Source of the DNA: the human T2T-CHM13v2.0 reference genome, Homo sapiens
Assembly (NCBI RefSeq): GCF_009914755.1
Contig: NC_060927.1
Length of the DNA: 64,000 nucleotides
Strand: one strand, 5' to 3'
Below are positions 12,896-25,890 of the stretch, piece by piece. The notes under the pieces were generated by a model that was not told where the DNA came from, did no database searches, and saw only the letters and a list, made by a program, of their open reading frames with translations. Made by a program: the position numbers and the translations under genes. Each line of letters begins with the position of its first letter. Within the stretch, counting starts at the first letter, position 1.

Positions 12896-13779
12896 TTTAA
12901 AGTATTGGCAAAGAAGAAAACCACCTTATGGGAAGATTTCATGAGTCTTTCTCAAAGGAACTCCTTGCTAAACATCTATCTTCATGGTACCTAAGCATTT
13001 CACCTTTTAACCAGGACTTTAGGCCATTGTATTACTGGGAGCTCCTCCTCAAAATGCAGAGAAAGCTCAAAGACTAATTTTTATCTATTGTTAATAATTC
13101 AATTTAAATTGGCTTATTAAATGGCTTTTCAGTTACTTTTCAGGATGTTGAGATACTTGGACTTAGGATAGGTATGTTTTATGGGGAAGACTTGGGAGGT
13201 TATAGAGAAATAAAGGGGAGAAGGAAAGGGTAATTGAGAGCATGCCTCTCTGCTGAGAAGGTGGCTCCATGTGGAACACCACAGCCTTGCTTTCTCCTCT
13301 ATGTCTCCTGCCCTCTCACCCTGGCTGGCTGCTCACCAACCCTTCCATACTTATCCTAAACTTTCAACTATGGGTGCTTTTTTGTATTTGTGAATTAGAA
13401 AGAGGTAGCTTGGGCTTTGCATATTTAAGCAGATTGGGAAAGTTGTAAACTTTTGAGTCCCTTAGAATAACTCAGTCATGTATTTCTCTTCTTAGTAAAA
13501 ATTCAGAAAAATTCCAGAGTAGTGCAAACCTGCTTAGAGAGAGGAGAAAACAGAAGAAGACTGTTGTGTTTAACTGAAACTGAAACTGCAAATGAAGGGG
13601 TTTTTTTGTCATTTTATGTTTTCTTTTTGGTTTGTATTCCTCAATCCGTGCCTTGATAACAATTCATAAATCTAGGTTCAAAGAGTACAAAATCCATATT
13701 ACTACTAGGAATCATAAGGCTTTGATTAAAATAATTTTTTTGAACTTTCTTCTATGGCTATTCTGAGCTCAGAAAGAGT

Positions 13780-14066
13780 ATTTTATTTAATTTTTGTTGT
13801 AGAGACAGGGTCTCACTGTGTCACCCAGGCTGGAGTGCAGTGGTGCCATCATAGCTCACTGCAGCCTTGAAATCCTGGGTTCAAGCGATCCTCCTGCCTC
13901 ATACTCCTGAGTAGCTAGGACTACAGGCACACATCACCATGCCTAGCTAACTTTTTATTTTTTGTTGAGATAAGGTCTCACTATGATGCCCAGGCTTGTC
14001 TCAAATTCCTGGCTTCAAGAAATCCTCCTGTCTGGGATTAAAGAGGTGAGTGACTTTGCTCGGCCT
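13780..14066 (-). mobile_element. AluJ
   Basis: 'gagacagggtctcactgtgtcacccaggctggagtgcagtggtgccatcatagctcactgcagcc'. Confidence 0.9.
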
Positions 14067-14318
14067 TTGCCTTTTAAAATAAAGCTTCTTAAATTATTTC
14101 TTCACAGCGGTGATATTTTTATTTTTTGTTTGTTCTCAAAATATTCCAGATTTGATTTCATCCTTCCCTCCACAGTTGCTCAGGCTAATAATTCACTTGC
14201 ACAAAGTCACATAGAGCAGTGACTCAATCCAAGCAAACCAACATTTACACAGATGTCATAATCATTTGTCTTGTGAGGTCCTGAAGGTAATTAACCCCAT
14301 TTTTGTAGGTGTGAAAAA

Positions 14319-14376
14319 TCATACTTTTCAGTGACTTCATACTTTTCAGTGACTTTCATACTTTTCAGCGACTTTC
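14319..14376. repeat. 18-19-bp tandem repeat x3 (tcatacttttcagtgact)
   Basis: Three near-perfect copies seen directly. Confidence 0.9.
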
Positions 14377-14479
14377 TTCCAGTAGCATTGTAAATGTGTT
14401 TTTGGCCAAAACTCCAACTCAGAAATCCCAGCTTCCTGTCTAGTGAACTCTCTTTTCTGCCCACCCTGCAGTGATTTAT

Positions 14480-14940
14480 CTCAATCTTACTTGCCAGCGT
14501 AACCTATTTGTTCTGTACTTATATTCAGAATCCAGCTCCTACCTCCATTCTTACACCTGACCCAAACCATTATTATTTGTTTCCTAGATCATTGTTATTG
14601 CTTTCTAATTAATCTTCATGCTTCCGTGTTCTTCCTCTTTCAGTCTATTCGAAACATAACTGTTCTAAAATATGTCAAGTCAAATCACATAATTCTCCTG
14701 CCTAAAATTTCCAAGTGCTTCCCATCTCACCTAGAATACAAGCCAAAGTCTTTACGTGGGCTATAAGGCTCTAGACAATGGGCTCACTGATAATCTCTGA
14801 AGTCACCTCCTACTCTCTCTCCTGATCACTAGTCTGCCGGCTATTTCACCAACATTTCAGACATGTTTCCATCTCAGAGCCTTGGCATTTCCTCTTCTCT
14901 CTGCCTGGAATGTTCTTTCTGCAGGTACCTGCATGGCTCA
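14480..14940 (+). mobile_element. L2 fragment
   Basis: 'tcagaatccagctcctacctcc...ctcctgcctaaaa...cttcccatctcacctagaata...tctctgcctggaatgttcttt'. Confidence 0.75.
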
Positions 14941-15245
14941 TATGACTTTTCCCCTGAAAAACACTCCATAGATACCCCAAAGATACTTTAATACTTTTAA
15001 CCGGACTCATATTAGTCTAGATAGTGGGACACTTATCTCAGAAATTTGAAACTCAAAAAGAGAGAGAGTTGTGTGTTTCTAGGAGTAGCTTTTATGTTCC
15101 AGTGCAGTTACAGAGGCACTGAAGCCCAGCTGCTCAGGTGAAGCATTTCAATTACCACATGATTCTGGATCTGGTTGTGTTTAGCTCAGTAACTTGTATA
15201 CATGTTAGTTTATTTTCTAATAAATCAGAGACAATATTGCAAATA

Positions 15246-15545
15246 CATTCAGCCCTCCCTATCTGTGGGTTCCACATTTGTGGAGTCAACCAATCACGGA
15301 TAAAAAATATCTGAAAAAAAAAACAAGAATAAAAATAATACAAATTTAAAAACAATACAGTATAACAACTATTTGTATAATATTTACATTGTAATAGGTT
15401 TATAAGTAATCTAGAGATGATTTAAAGTATGTGGGAAAATGTGCATAGGTGATATGAATATACTATGCCCTTTTATATTAGGAACTTGAGCATCTGCAGA
15501 TTTAGGTATCCATGGAGGTCCTGGAACCAATCTCCTGAGGAAACC
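15246..15545. mobile_element. MER2 (Tigger family MITE)
   Basis: 'cagccctccctatctgtgggttccacat...acaatacagtataacaactattt...ataagtaatctagagatgatttaaagtat...ggtcctggaaccaatc'. Confidence 0.85.
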
Positions 15546-16519
15546 GCTCAGCAGAGAAAACCATTTCCTAAGTTTATATATCTATATTCAGGACCTGAGA
15601 GCTTACCAAAACTTTCCTGAATCGCTTTACCTTATGTGAGGTTCAGTGTTCCCATCACTGGTGTTTGATGTCCCTCCAACTACTTTGGCAGTGAGAAGGT
15701 ACTCATCCTGTTTGAGAGATAATATGCACAGTTTTGAGGTTACACTTTATTCTGGAGAATCCCTTTTCCATTGCATAGATTTCCCTTGGCTAGAGTTGTT
15801 TTGTTTTCAACAGCATGTTTTTTAGCTTTGGATCTTGAGGAGAGAGAGCAGGAGAGCCAATAAACAAGTCTGGGGAGGGGAACGTTTCCAGATACGTCAG
15901 GTTAAAAATAACAAACCAAAAACCATGAACCACTCATTACAAAGCCAGATTTGAATGAATTTCCATTCACTCTCATGAAGTTTCAAAAGCTAAATATATT
16001 GGAGAGAACATTTCAACAGTGGTGAAAAGATGAAAAGAAAGAAAACAAGTAACTTTACATGATTGGATCACCATTTTTGTTTCATTTATTTAACCAAGAG
16101 ATGGAATAGAGGTGCTGATATTATTAGGTGAAGGTTGTGATAATTTTATACCAAATAAATATATAATTTTCTTGTCATAAACTTTATGTTTTAATGAGTG
16201 GTTTTCATTAGAAAGTGACACTGCATTTCTCATCATTAGATTATGTGTTTCTGCCAGTAGCAGTTATGTTGATCAGAACAACAGCATGTGTCTCACAATA
16301 GATAGCATTTATCAAGCACCATTTTAGGCATCTCACTGTACTGGGTCCTGAGAGGTATTTGCAGAGGAAGACACTACTAAAAATCCTGGTTCTGAAGAAA
16401 TTAAATATTTAATAAAGGACGAAATAAATCTACCTGCATGTATTATTTAGAAATGACTTGTGGAAATTCATGAAGTACTATCATGAATAGAAAATGAAAT
16501 TCAGAAATATGTTATTTGT

Positions 16520-16889
16520 TGTTTTCTTCTTTCTCTTCCTTCTTTCCTTTCCTTCTTTTTTCTTTTTTCTCTTTCTTTCTTTCTTTTTCTTTCTTTCTTT
16601 CCCTTTCTTACAGAGCCTCACTCTTGTTGCCCAGGCTGCAGTGCAGTGGCACGATCTTGGCTCACTGAAACCTCTGTCTCCCAGGTTCAAGTGATTCTCC
16701 TGCCTCAGCCTTCCGAGTAGTCGGGATTACAGGCGTGTGCCACCACACCCAGCTAATTTTTGTATTTTCAGTAGAGACGGGGTTTTGCCATGTCGGCCAG
16801 GCTGGTCTTGAACTCCTGACCTCAAGTGATCCACCTGCCTCGGCCTCCCAAAGTGCTGGGATTACAGGTGTGAGCCACTGTGCCCAGCC
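16520..16889 (-). mobile_element. AluS with expanded (TTTC)-rich tail
   Basis: Alu body ~16608-16889; TSD cagaaatatgtt on both sides. Confidence 0.95.
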
Positions 16890-17224
16890 AGAAATATGTT
16901 TATTATAATTCAATTTATATTTTGATTCTACATAATTACAGATGTAATGCTATGATATTTTGGGTATGGATGATAGGGAATAAAATTGGCATACATCGAT
17001 CGTTGTTGAAATTGATGCCTTTATATTCTCCTCTTTATTTTGGTGTATGTTTGAAAATCTTATAATCCAAAGTTTAAAAAATACTCATATCTTACTTTGC
17101 TAAGCAAGAACACTAGTATCTCCTTTTTTTTCACAATATATTCAACTCTGCCACATTTTCATCTGGTTTCCAAATAAAATTTTTTCTCAACAACCTTGAA
17201 TTCCATTACTATAGACTTCTATCA

Positions 17225-17511
17225 ATGAAAACAGAATGCCAAACACTCTGCACTCAATCATTCATCAAAGCATGGGTGTTAAAATGAGTATACAACCATT
17301 CTCTTGAGAAGTATCATAGTAGGAAAGAGCTGACAGAAAGTCCGTGTACTGATGCAGTTTGGGTAAGCAAACAGAATATACTTTTGGATTTAGAAAAAAA
17401 ATAAGTGTGGCCAGGATACATAGCACAGAGGTTTCCAATAGTTTCTCTTACCAGTTGGTGTGACTCTCTTGACCACCAATGATTTATCAGAGGATACACT
17501 ATTGCAGACAA
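17225..17511 (-). pseudogene. Possible decayed hAT transposase C-terminal (dimerisation) domain
   Basis: Minus-strand reads '...FFSKSKSIFCLLTQTASV...' then, in another frame, 'DE*LSAECLAFCFH', reminiscent of the hAT 'TASxERSFS...xERLSxLALLxIH' motif. Weak. Confidence 0.3.
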
Positions 17512-18087
17512 TCAAGTTGAAATGATACTCTCTTCACACCTCTGGCAGCATCACTTCTTCCTCTATGACCAGACTATTCCTGCTCATGGCTTGAACTGGA
17601 TGCAGGTGGGAGGTCACCCATCTGCGCAGGTGCCTCATAATTTCTGGAGTTATGCTACTTACCACATAATTGCAAAACTTTTAACACATATTTTATTTAT
17701 CATCCTTAGGAACTCCAAGCCATTATAGCCAGTTCCTGACACATTTTCAAATTCAGTACTGTTAAATCAGACATAGTAGTCATTCCTTTACACTCACTCC
17801 TGGCCTCATTTGACAGTGATCCTAAGGGACAATTGACTGAAAACACAAAATCCATTTAATTGGCATTTATTCTTGAACCACATGATCTTAGCCCATTACG
17901 AAATTGCTTATACTCCTTGCATTTCTGGAACAATGCTACAAGAAGCATTTTCAGGCATTGTCAATGTATTTGCTGAAAAATGATTCTGAAGTTAAAGTAC
18001 GTTATACTTCTTAGTGTTCCAAGTGAAAACCAATACTAGAAAAACTACTTTCCTGAAGGAATTGGCACACTCTCTACTTTAAAAAAC

Positions 18088-18292
18088 TTTTTTTAAGTTC
18101 CGGGGTACATGTGCAGCATACGCAGATTTGTTACATAGGTAAACATGTCCCACTGGGGTTTGCTGCACCTATCAACCTATGCCCTAGGTATGAAGCCCAG
18201 CATGCATTAGCTCTTTTTCCTAATACTCTCTCCCCTCCACCCAACCCTCCCCTGACAGGCCCCAGTGTGTGTTGTTCCCCTCCCTGTGTCTC
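18088..18292 (-). mobile_element. L1PA (older primate) 3' end fragment
   Basis: 'aagttccggggtacatgtgcag...ttgttacataggtaaacatgt...gacaggccccagtgtgtgttgttcccctccctgtgtc'. Confidence 0.9.
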
Positions 18293-18313
18293 CTTTTTTA
18301 TTCTAACTATACA

Positions 18314-19504
18314 CAATCATGTGTTGCATAATGATGATTCTGTCAATGACAGACTGCATATTCAACAATGGTCCCATAAGATTATATAATGGAGCTGAAA
18401 AAATCCTCTCACCTAGTGGTGTCATAGCCATCATAAGGTTGTAGTGCAATGCATTACTCACAACATTTGTGGTGATATTAGTGTATACAAACCTATTGTG
18501 CTGCCACTTATATGAAAGTATAATACATACAATTATGTATAGCACATAATACTTGATAATGATAACAAATGATTATGTTACAAGTTTATGAATTTACTAT
18601 AGTATACTTTTTATTGTTTTAAGAGTACTCATTCTACTTTTAAATATATAGTTAATTGTAAAACAATCTCAGGAAGGTCCTTCAGGAAGTATTCCAGGAG
18701 AAAGCATTATTATAGGAGACGACAATTCTTTGGATGTTATTGCCTCTGAAGATCTTTCAGTGGGACGAGATGTGGAGGTGGAAGAGAGTGATATTGATGA
18801 TCCTGACCTTGTGTAGGTCTAGGCTAATATGTATGTCTGTGTCTTCATTTTTAATAAAAAAATTGAAAGAGTAAAAAAAATTTAAAATACAAAGTGTTCA
18901 TACAATAAGAATATGAAGACAATATTTTAGTATAGCTGCATAATGTGCTTGCATTTTAAGATAAGTGTTGCCACAAGAGTCAAAAAGTTAAAACAAATTA
19001 AAAAGTTTATAAAGTAAAAAAGTCATAGTAAGCTAAGGTTATTTATCATTGGAGAAAAATTATTTTTATACTAGATGTACAGTATTTTTTAGTCTACAGA
19101 AGTCTACAGTAATATCCTAGGCCTTCCTATTCACTCACCACTCACTCACAGACACCCAGAGCAACTTCTAGTCCTGCAAGCTCCATTCATGGTAAGTGCC
19201 CTATACAGATGTACCATTTCTAAATCTTTTCTATCATATTCTTATTGTACATTTTCTATGTTTAGATATGTTTAGATACACAAATACCTACCATGATGTT
19301 ACCATTGCCTCCAGGATTCAGAACAATAATATGTTGCACAGGGTTGTAGCCTAGAAGCAATAGGCTATACTAGATAGCCTAGGTGTGTAGTAGGCTATAC
19401 TATTTGGTTTGTGTAAGTATACTCTATGATGTTTGCCCAATGACAAAATCACCTAACGACACATTTCTCAGAGCACATCTCCAATATTAAGTAATGTGTG
19501 ACTA
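18314..19504 (+). mobile_element. Tigger3b-like non-autonomous DNA transposon, near full length
   Basis: Degenerate TIRs (caatcatgtgttgcataa ... ttaagtaatgtgtgacta|TA), internal 'ggtcccataagattat', ~1.2 kb. Confidence 0.85.
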
Positions 19505-20624
19505 TAAATGACTAATTTTCCTTCTTGCCTTGATGGTCAAGAAGCCAACGTCCGATTAAGATGCTTCTTGCTGATTATTAAAAATAATACATGCTCATTA
19601 TAAAAAATTGTTAAGTACAGAAGAATAAAAATAAAGGAAGTAGAGACATAAAAAATATTAGTCCATTACACCACCATCCAGAAAAGCCACCATTAATTTG
19701 TTTTAAGAGCCAAATATGGTACTCAGTCAATGGAATTTATTTACCATTATGGTTGGTACATGATTGCTCACCTTTTCTTGGTTCCAATATTCCCAGGTGA
19801 CTACTTTTTAAGTATATATATTTTGAAACTGCTTCGAGTTACTTTGGTGAAAATAAGGGGCAATCAAAATTAATCCTTAAATGAACAAATATAGTGGAAA
19901 ATATGAGGCAAGCATTTCCAAGTCTGGGTTTCCTGACATAATATCTACCCAACTATGTGATTATGAGGATTCATCAGATGAGTCCCTGGTTACACATAGA
20001 AAACTGTAAAGTGCTATAAAATAATAATAATTAAAACAGCTAACATTATTGATCACTTTACTATTTTACCAGATGCAGTGTTTATTGCTGTTCATACTGT
20101 GTCAATTAATATCCATGACATCTCTATAAAAAGGTACCCTTATTTCATTTACAAAGAAACAGCAATAACAAACCCTAGATGCTCGGGAAGGCTAAGTAAT
20201 TTCTTCAGTTATAAAGCTAGATATTACTAGATGAAAAGAATTTTGATGTGTTAGAAATTTTTGAAGTGATTTTAATTAAAACCTCTTTGCGAATGTCTCC
20301 AGGAAGTAATACCTGAAGTCCAGCCTTTAGTCATTAAACAGTCCACTTCACTAGTTTGTAAGGTAATGAAAGAGTAGATTGAGGTCATGTTTGGGGTTAG
20401 TAGTATAGCTACGTAGAAATATCATTCCTCTATTAGAAGAAACAAATAAAAGTGAGAAGGACACCTAACTGACATATTCAAAAGTTTGATGGTGAGCAAT
20501 GAAGCACAGAGAATAAATGAAGAATCCACTTCAGAGAACTGAAGAAGGAGGGAATGGAGTGAAAAGAGAACTGCTTCTATCCTGAGATAGACTCAGGAGG
20601 TAAGAACTACTGGCTTAATCACAT

Positions 20625-20990
20625 GGTTGAGCATTCATTCCAACTAATATTTATTGAGCATCAATTATGAGAAAGGTATTCTGCTTGGCTCTATTGATAT
20701 AAAATAAATAAGACAAGATGCTTTCTCTAGAGATGCTGTGGGAAGTCGTCATATAAACTGTGACAATGTTGGACTACAGGATGACAAATATTCCAGGCAG
20801 AGAGATCAGCATATGCAGAGGCAGGAGGTGTGGAACACCAAGTGAGGCTAAGGAAGGGAAGCATTAGGCTGGACGTTAGGGTGGGCAGCAGAGAAAGGAA
20901 CATGCAATGTACTGGAAACATAGGCTGGGTTCACACCACAGAAGGCTGTTCCAATATAGGAAGTGTGCCTTTGCATTTTGACCCTGACAC
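20625..20990 (-). mobile_element. L2 3' fragment
   Basis: 'cattcattccaactaatatttattgagca...aataagacaag...tattccaggcagagagatcagcatatgcagaggc'. Confidence 0.65.
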
Positions 20991-21229
20991 TAAAAGGATG
21001 TGCGATCTAATGTTAGATGAATTCAATTGAATTGGTGAATATTTCCCTCAGTCAGATATCTGACTCCGTAGACTCAGGTTTATTCTAAAGACAGAAATTT
21101 GATATATTTCATTCTGGTCAATGGCAGGCTATATCAAAGGAATAAACAAGGAAATTTCTTGGTTTTGCCATTGTTTCATAGCACAAAGGGGACAGAGGAA
21201 TTGGGTGATATATTCAGTTTCTGTAATTT

Positions 21230-21392
21230 TTGTTTTATTTTATTTTTTGTTTATTTTATTTTTTGTTATATATTTATTTATTTTTATTTTATTATATTTT
21301 ATACTCAGGGGTACATATGCATGTTTGATACACAGATATATTATGTACTATTGGGGATTGGACTTCTAGTGTACCCACTATCCAAATAGTGG
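21230..21392 (-). mobile_element. L1PB/L1MA 3' end fragment with T-rich tail
   Basis: 'tcaggggtacatatgcatgttt...ttctagtgtaccca...ccaaatagtg'. Confidence 0.75.
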
Positions 21393-22087
21393 ATTTCCTG
21401 TTATTTTTTTCCACATTGAATCGTATATGGGCCCCCATCAGATAATAGTAAAATCATTGAGCTAAGAGGCCTCAGAACTATCATGTCTGACCCCTATATT
21501 TTACAGATGAAGAAATACATTTTACTCAAGATTACACACACAGATAATGATGCAACTTTGGTTTTGGCTGAAAGGTCTTCATGGGTGGTTTCATTCAGAG
21601 CTGTCAGGAAAGGAAGCAAAAATTCTGAAAGAGTATGAGGTGGAATATTGAATTTCATTGCTTCATAAATCAGTCTAGATTGTTGTGTTCCTTATTCAGC
21701 TGTTCATGGGAATTCCCACTGAGGCAGTTGAAATAGTTGAGAGACAGGTGACTATGCAACAGGACTACATACACCGAAAGAATGGTCAGTTGCCCATACA
21801 ACTTAATTTAATCCTGAGGACCAGTATCTTCAGGCCTTTCTCAAGCCTAGGTTTATATATACTAATTCTGTTTGATGATATACTGTCATTGGGAACGCCC
21901 GACTTTATGCCTGGGTGGATCAATCACACAGTTCATAATTATGGGCAAAAAGTAACTTGGTATCCCAATGATCAAGGACTTCCAGGGCTCAATTGTAAGC
22001 CAAAAGCTGTTTCTCAAAAGGAAATAATTTCGTTTTTCTGAAAATGTGTATGGCTTCACTCCAAAACCGAGCTTTGAACTGTAATTC

Positions 22088-22426
<339 letters not shown>

Positions 22427-22892
22427 TGACTTGCCCCAGGCTCCTTGCAGCATCCTATTTGACAGTTTGAGCACAATCACATCTACCCATGCACCCTCTT
22501 TCATGGGATCCATAGATCGTCTCCCTGTCTCTGCTCTGTTCCTTCTCTCTCCCCACACGTGTGCTGATTCACTTTACCCAAAAGCTTGAGATTTTAGCAT
22601 TTTGTAAAATAAGAATAAGTTACTATTCTTTTTCCCTCGCCACATCCTTTTCCTGAGGCAGTGAGCAAAAAGACCCCACCTGTTATAACGCACAAAAGGG
22701 AAATGGTAATGAATAGGAAGTAAAAATAGACGCTAACATTGTAATATTATTTTGGCACATGCCTGGAACATTGTAGAGCTTCAGTAACATCAGCCATTTT
22801 TTCCTTAATATGAACAAGAGGAAATCTAACAGCTTCTTCAACCATTGAAAAAGCAGTTCTATGAAAGAGAAAATAGATGTGTTCATTGGAGG

Positions 22893-23320
22893 TGGTAGTG
22901 GGTTGAATTGTATCCCCCCAAATATAGGTCTACATCCTAATCCCCAGAACCTATGAATATGATATTATTTCATAAGTGAGTCTGTGCAGATATAATTTAA
23001 GAGTCTAGACATGAGATCATTCTGGATTATCTGGGCATGCCCTAAATCCAGTAAAAAGTGTCCTTATACGAGACATACAGAGGACAGGAGAAGGCAATGT
23101 GACCACAGAAGCAAAAATTAGAGTGATGTGGCCACACGCTGAGGAACATCTGGAGCCATCAAAAGCTGGAGGAGGTAAGAACAGACTGCCCCTAGAGCCT
23201 TTGGATGGAATGTAGTTCTGCAAACACCTTGCTTTTAGAACTGTGAGAGAATAAATTTCTATCATTTTCAGCCACCATATTTGTGGTCATTTGTTATGGC
23301 AGCCATAGGAAACTAACACA
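22893..23320 (+). mobile_element. MaLR solo LTR (MLT1B/C-like)
   Basis: 'gggttgaattgtatcccccca...agaactgtgagagaataaatttc...tttgttatggcagccataggaaactaacaca'. Confidence 0.85.
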
Positions 23321-23480
23321 AAGATCCAGAGAGCAGGACCAGAACCAAAACAGAAAAAGTGAAAGATAAACTTTCCTATTATTGAATCTGCTCAAGAGTG
23401 TGAGAGACTGAGTTATGAAATAGTTGGCTTCAGTAATTGGAGTTGGGTTTCAGTGGTTCAATGGTCAAAAGGGAGAGAGG

Positions 23481-23515
23481 CTGGTGACAGGGCGAGATCT
23501 TATCTCTTAAAAAAA
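23481..23515 (+). mobile_element. Extremely 5'-truncated Alu (~30 bp of 3' end)
   Basis: 'ctggtgacagggcgagatcttatctcttaaaaaaa' flanked by aaaagggag repeats. Confidence 0.55.
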
Positions 23516-24589
23516 GGGAGGAAGAGAGTTTATTGGGTGGAACTGGAAATTTTTATAAACTCATGCTCTTATTTATTCAGATTTACATATTCCCGACCAT
23601 AGTTTTTTGGAAGCACATCTCAGGAATTCCCAGATTTTACTCATGCTGTTGCCCATAACCTACGGTGTGGTTAAGAATAATACAATTGGTCCAAACAGGA
23701 AGATTAGTTTCCAGGGAAGGAATAAGTCACTGTTGATTATGCCAGGAAAATAGGCTGGAATCATCAGGCAGAGCTTCGCATCTGTTCAGCTATCTCCCTG
23801 CAGCTGATTTATCTAATGCTTTCTATGATTGCAGACGAACAGACTTTCCGATGGACAAATAAAGAAGCTGCCTTATTTATATTAATATAACCTCTTTCTT
23901 TGAACCTCTAGCCTGCCTGGGACACAAAATCACATAGTTTCAAATGACATTAAAGTTAGCTAAGCAATTTTTCTTGCCATTGAGAGAGTAGAAAATTAAT
24001 ACTTTGAATCCAGTTAGGTTACCCTGTTAGATGACTGTTTGGAATCCACAGGTAGGAGTTCTTAACCTGGGCTCAGGGGCATACATAAGGGGACAACTCC
24101 ACGGTCCCCTTGAAATTCTAAGCAATTTTTTGCTTTCTAGAAGGACTCTAGTGACCTCCATATCACTAAGTTTAATGATTTTTCTTTACCTCTTCTGTAC
24201 ATGTCTCACATTAGACTCTTTCTTGAAATTCATTGTCATCTGTAATATGATGTGCCCTTGATTTTCTCATCTTTCCAGCCCAACCTCCTGTACTTAATTT
24301 TTAAATTTTGCAATTCTCGAAAACTTGGATAGAGGCTGTCTTGTTTGCTCATAGTGTACTCTTTCCCTGTGTGATCTCATCCATGCCATGTCTTCAGTTA
24401 TGATCTATACACTCACAAGTCCAAAATTACTACTTCTAACTCCTTGGAGCTCAGATATATGTATCCAGCTGTCTACAAAACATCTCCACTGGCTGACTTA
24501 CAGGCAACTCAAACTGAACAGGTCCAAAGCTGAACTCCTGGTCTTTCCCAGTCCCATAACTGGTCCTCCTCCAGTTTTCTCTATTACAG

Positions 24590-25320
24590 TGAAACAGGAG
24601 AGTTCCCTGATCCCCCTCGAAGGACATATGATGGGTGTGGCTCGCCTGTTCAGTCACCAGCACTCCTCAAACCCCTTAGGGGAGGGGGAGCACACAGACA
24701 GGCAGGTGAAGGAGCCTAAGTGGAGTGTGTTACAATGTGCCCTTTTAGCCTTGCCATCCACGAATGGCTTGGGTGTTAATCAGCTCAGTGGACTCTCTGC
24801 CTTTCTGCAAGGGCAGAGGGGCAGTTCAACAGCTTTCTGTGTCCTGAGCTCTTGCCCAGCATCTTGGAAAAATCAGGTCACACACGGGCTTGAAGGATGA
24901 ATGAGAGGTTTTATTGAGTGGTAGAGGTGGCTCTCAGTGGGATGGATGGGGAACAAGAAGCAGGGAATGGAGTGGGAAGAAGATCTTCCCTGGATTTTGG
25001 CCATCTTGTGGCTGAACCCTTCTCTGACCACCCCAGCTGGAAATCTCTCAGTGTTCAGACATTCCTCTTCTTTTCTCTTTCTCTATTGCACCATTTTGCA
25101 ATCCATCTGCTTGTCTCCTCATCTTCTCATCTGCTTCTGGAGCCTGGGGCTTATATGAATACAGGATAGAGGGCATGGTGGGCCAAAAGGCAACTTCTTC
25201 ACATGAAAACAGAAATGCCTGTCCCCATTTAGGACCACAGGACTTCAGGCTTGAGATAGGGGCCTTTGCCAGGGAACCACCCTCTTCTACCTAGTGTTTC
25301 CCTGTTTCCTGTCCATATCA
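24590..25320 (-). mobile_element. MER50 solo LTR (ERV1)
   Basis: TG...CA termini, 731 bp, reverse complement starts TGATATGGACAGGA; 4-bp TSD ACAG at 24586-89 and 25321-24. Confidence 0.85.
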
Positions 25321-25351
25321 ACAGGGGATGGTGTCATCATCCATTTGGGCA

Positions 25352-25890
25352 CAGGGTTCACTAGAGGGACAGGACTAATAGGATAGATGTATATATGAAG
25401 GGGAGTTTATTAACAAGTATTGACTCATGCGATCACAAGTTGAAGTCCCACAGTAGGCTGTCTGCAAGCTGAGGAGCAGGGAAGTCAGTCCAAGTCCAAA
25501 AACCTCAAAAGTAGGGAAGCTGACAGTGCAGCCTTCAGTCTGTGGCCAAAGGCCCAAGAGCCCTTGACAAACCACCGGTATAAGTCTCACAGTCCAAAAG
25601 CTTTAGAACTTGGTGTCTGATATTCAAGGGCAGGAAGCATCCAGCACGGGAGAAAGATAAAGACCGGAAGACTCAGCAAGTCGGCTCCTCCCACCTTCTT
25701 CTGCCTGCTTTATTCTAGTCTTTCTGGCAGCTGATTAGATTGCACCCACTCAGATTGAGGGTGGTCTGCCTCTCTCAGCCCACTGATTCAAATTTTAATC
25801 TCCTTTGGCAGCACCCTCACAAACACATCCAGGAACAGTACTTTGCACTTTTCAATTCCATCAAGTTGACACTCAATATTAACCATCATA
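25352..25890 (-). mobile_element. MLT2A2-like solo LTR (HERV-L)
   Basis: 'cagggttcactagagggacaggactaatagga...ggagtttattaa...caagttgacactcaatattaaccatca'. Confidence 0.9.

Noticed and set aside
14319-14376. Short direct repeats as a CRISPR-like array
   Set aside because: Head-to-tail units with no spacers, in eukaryotic DNA; a simple slippage minisatellite.
24388-24900. Longest ORF in the window (170 aa)
   Set aside because: Chance read-through from L2 into antisense MER50 with no coding signature.
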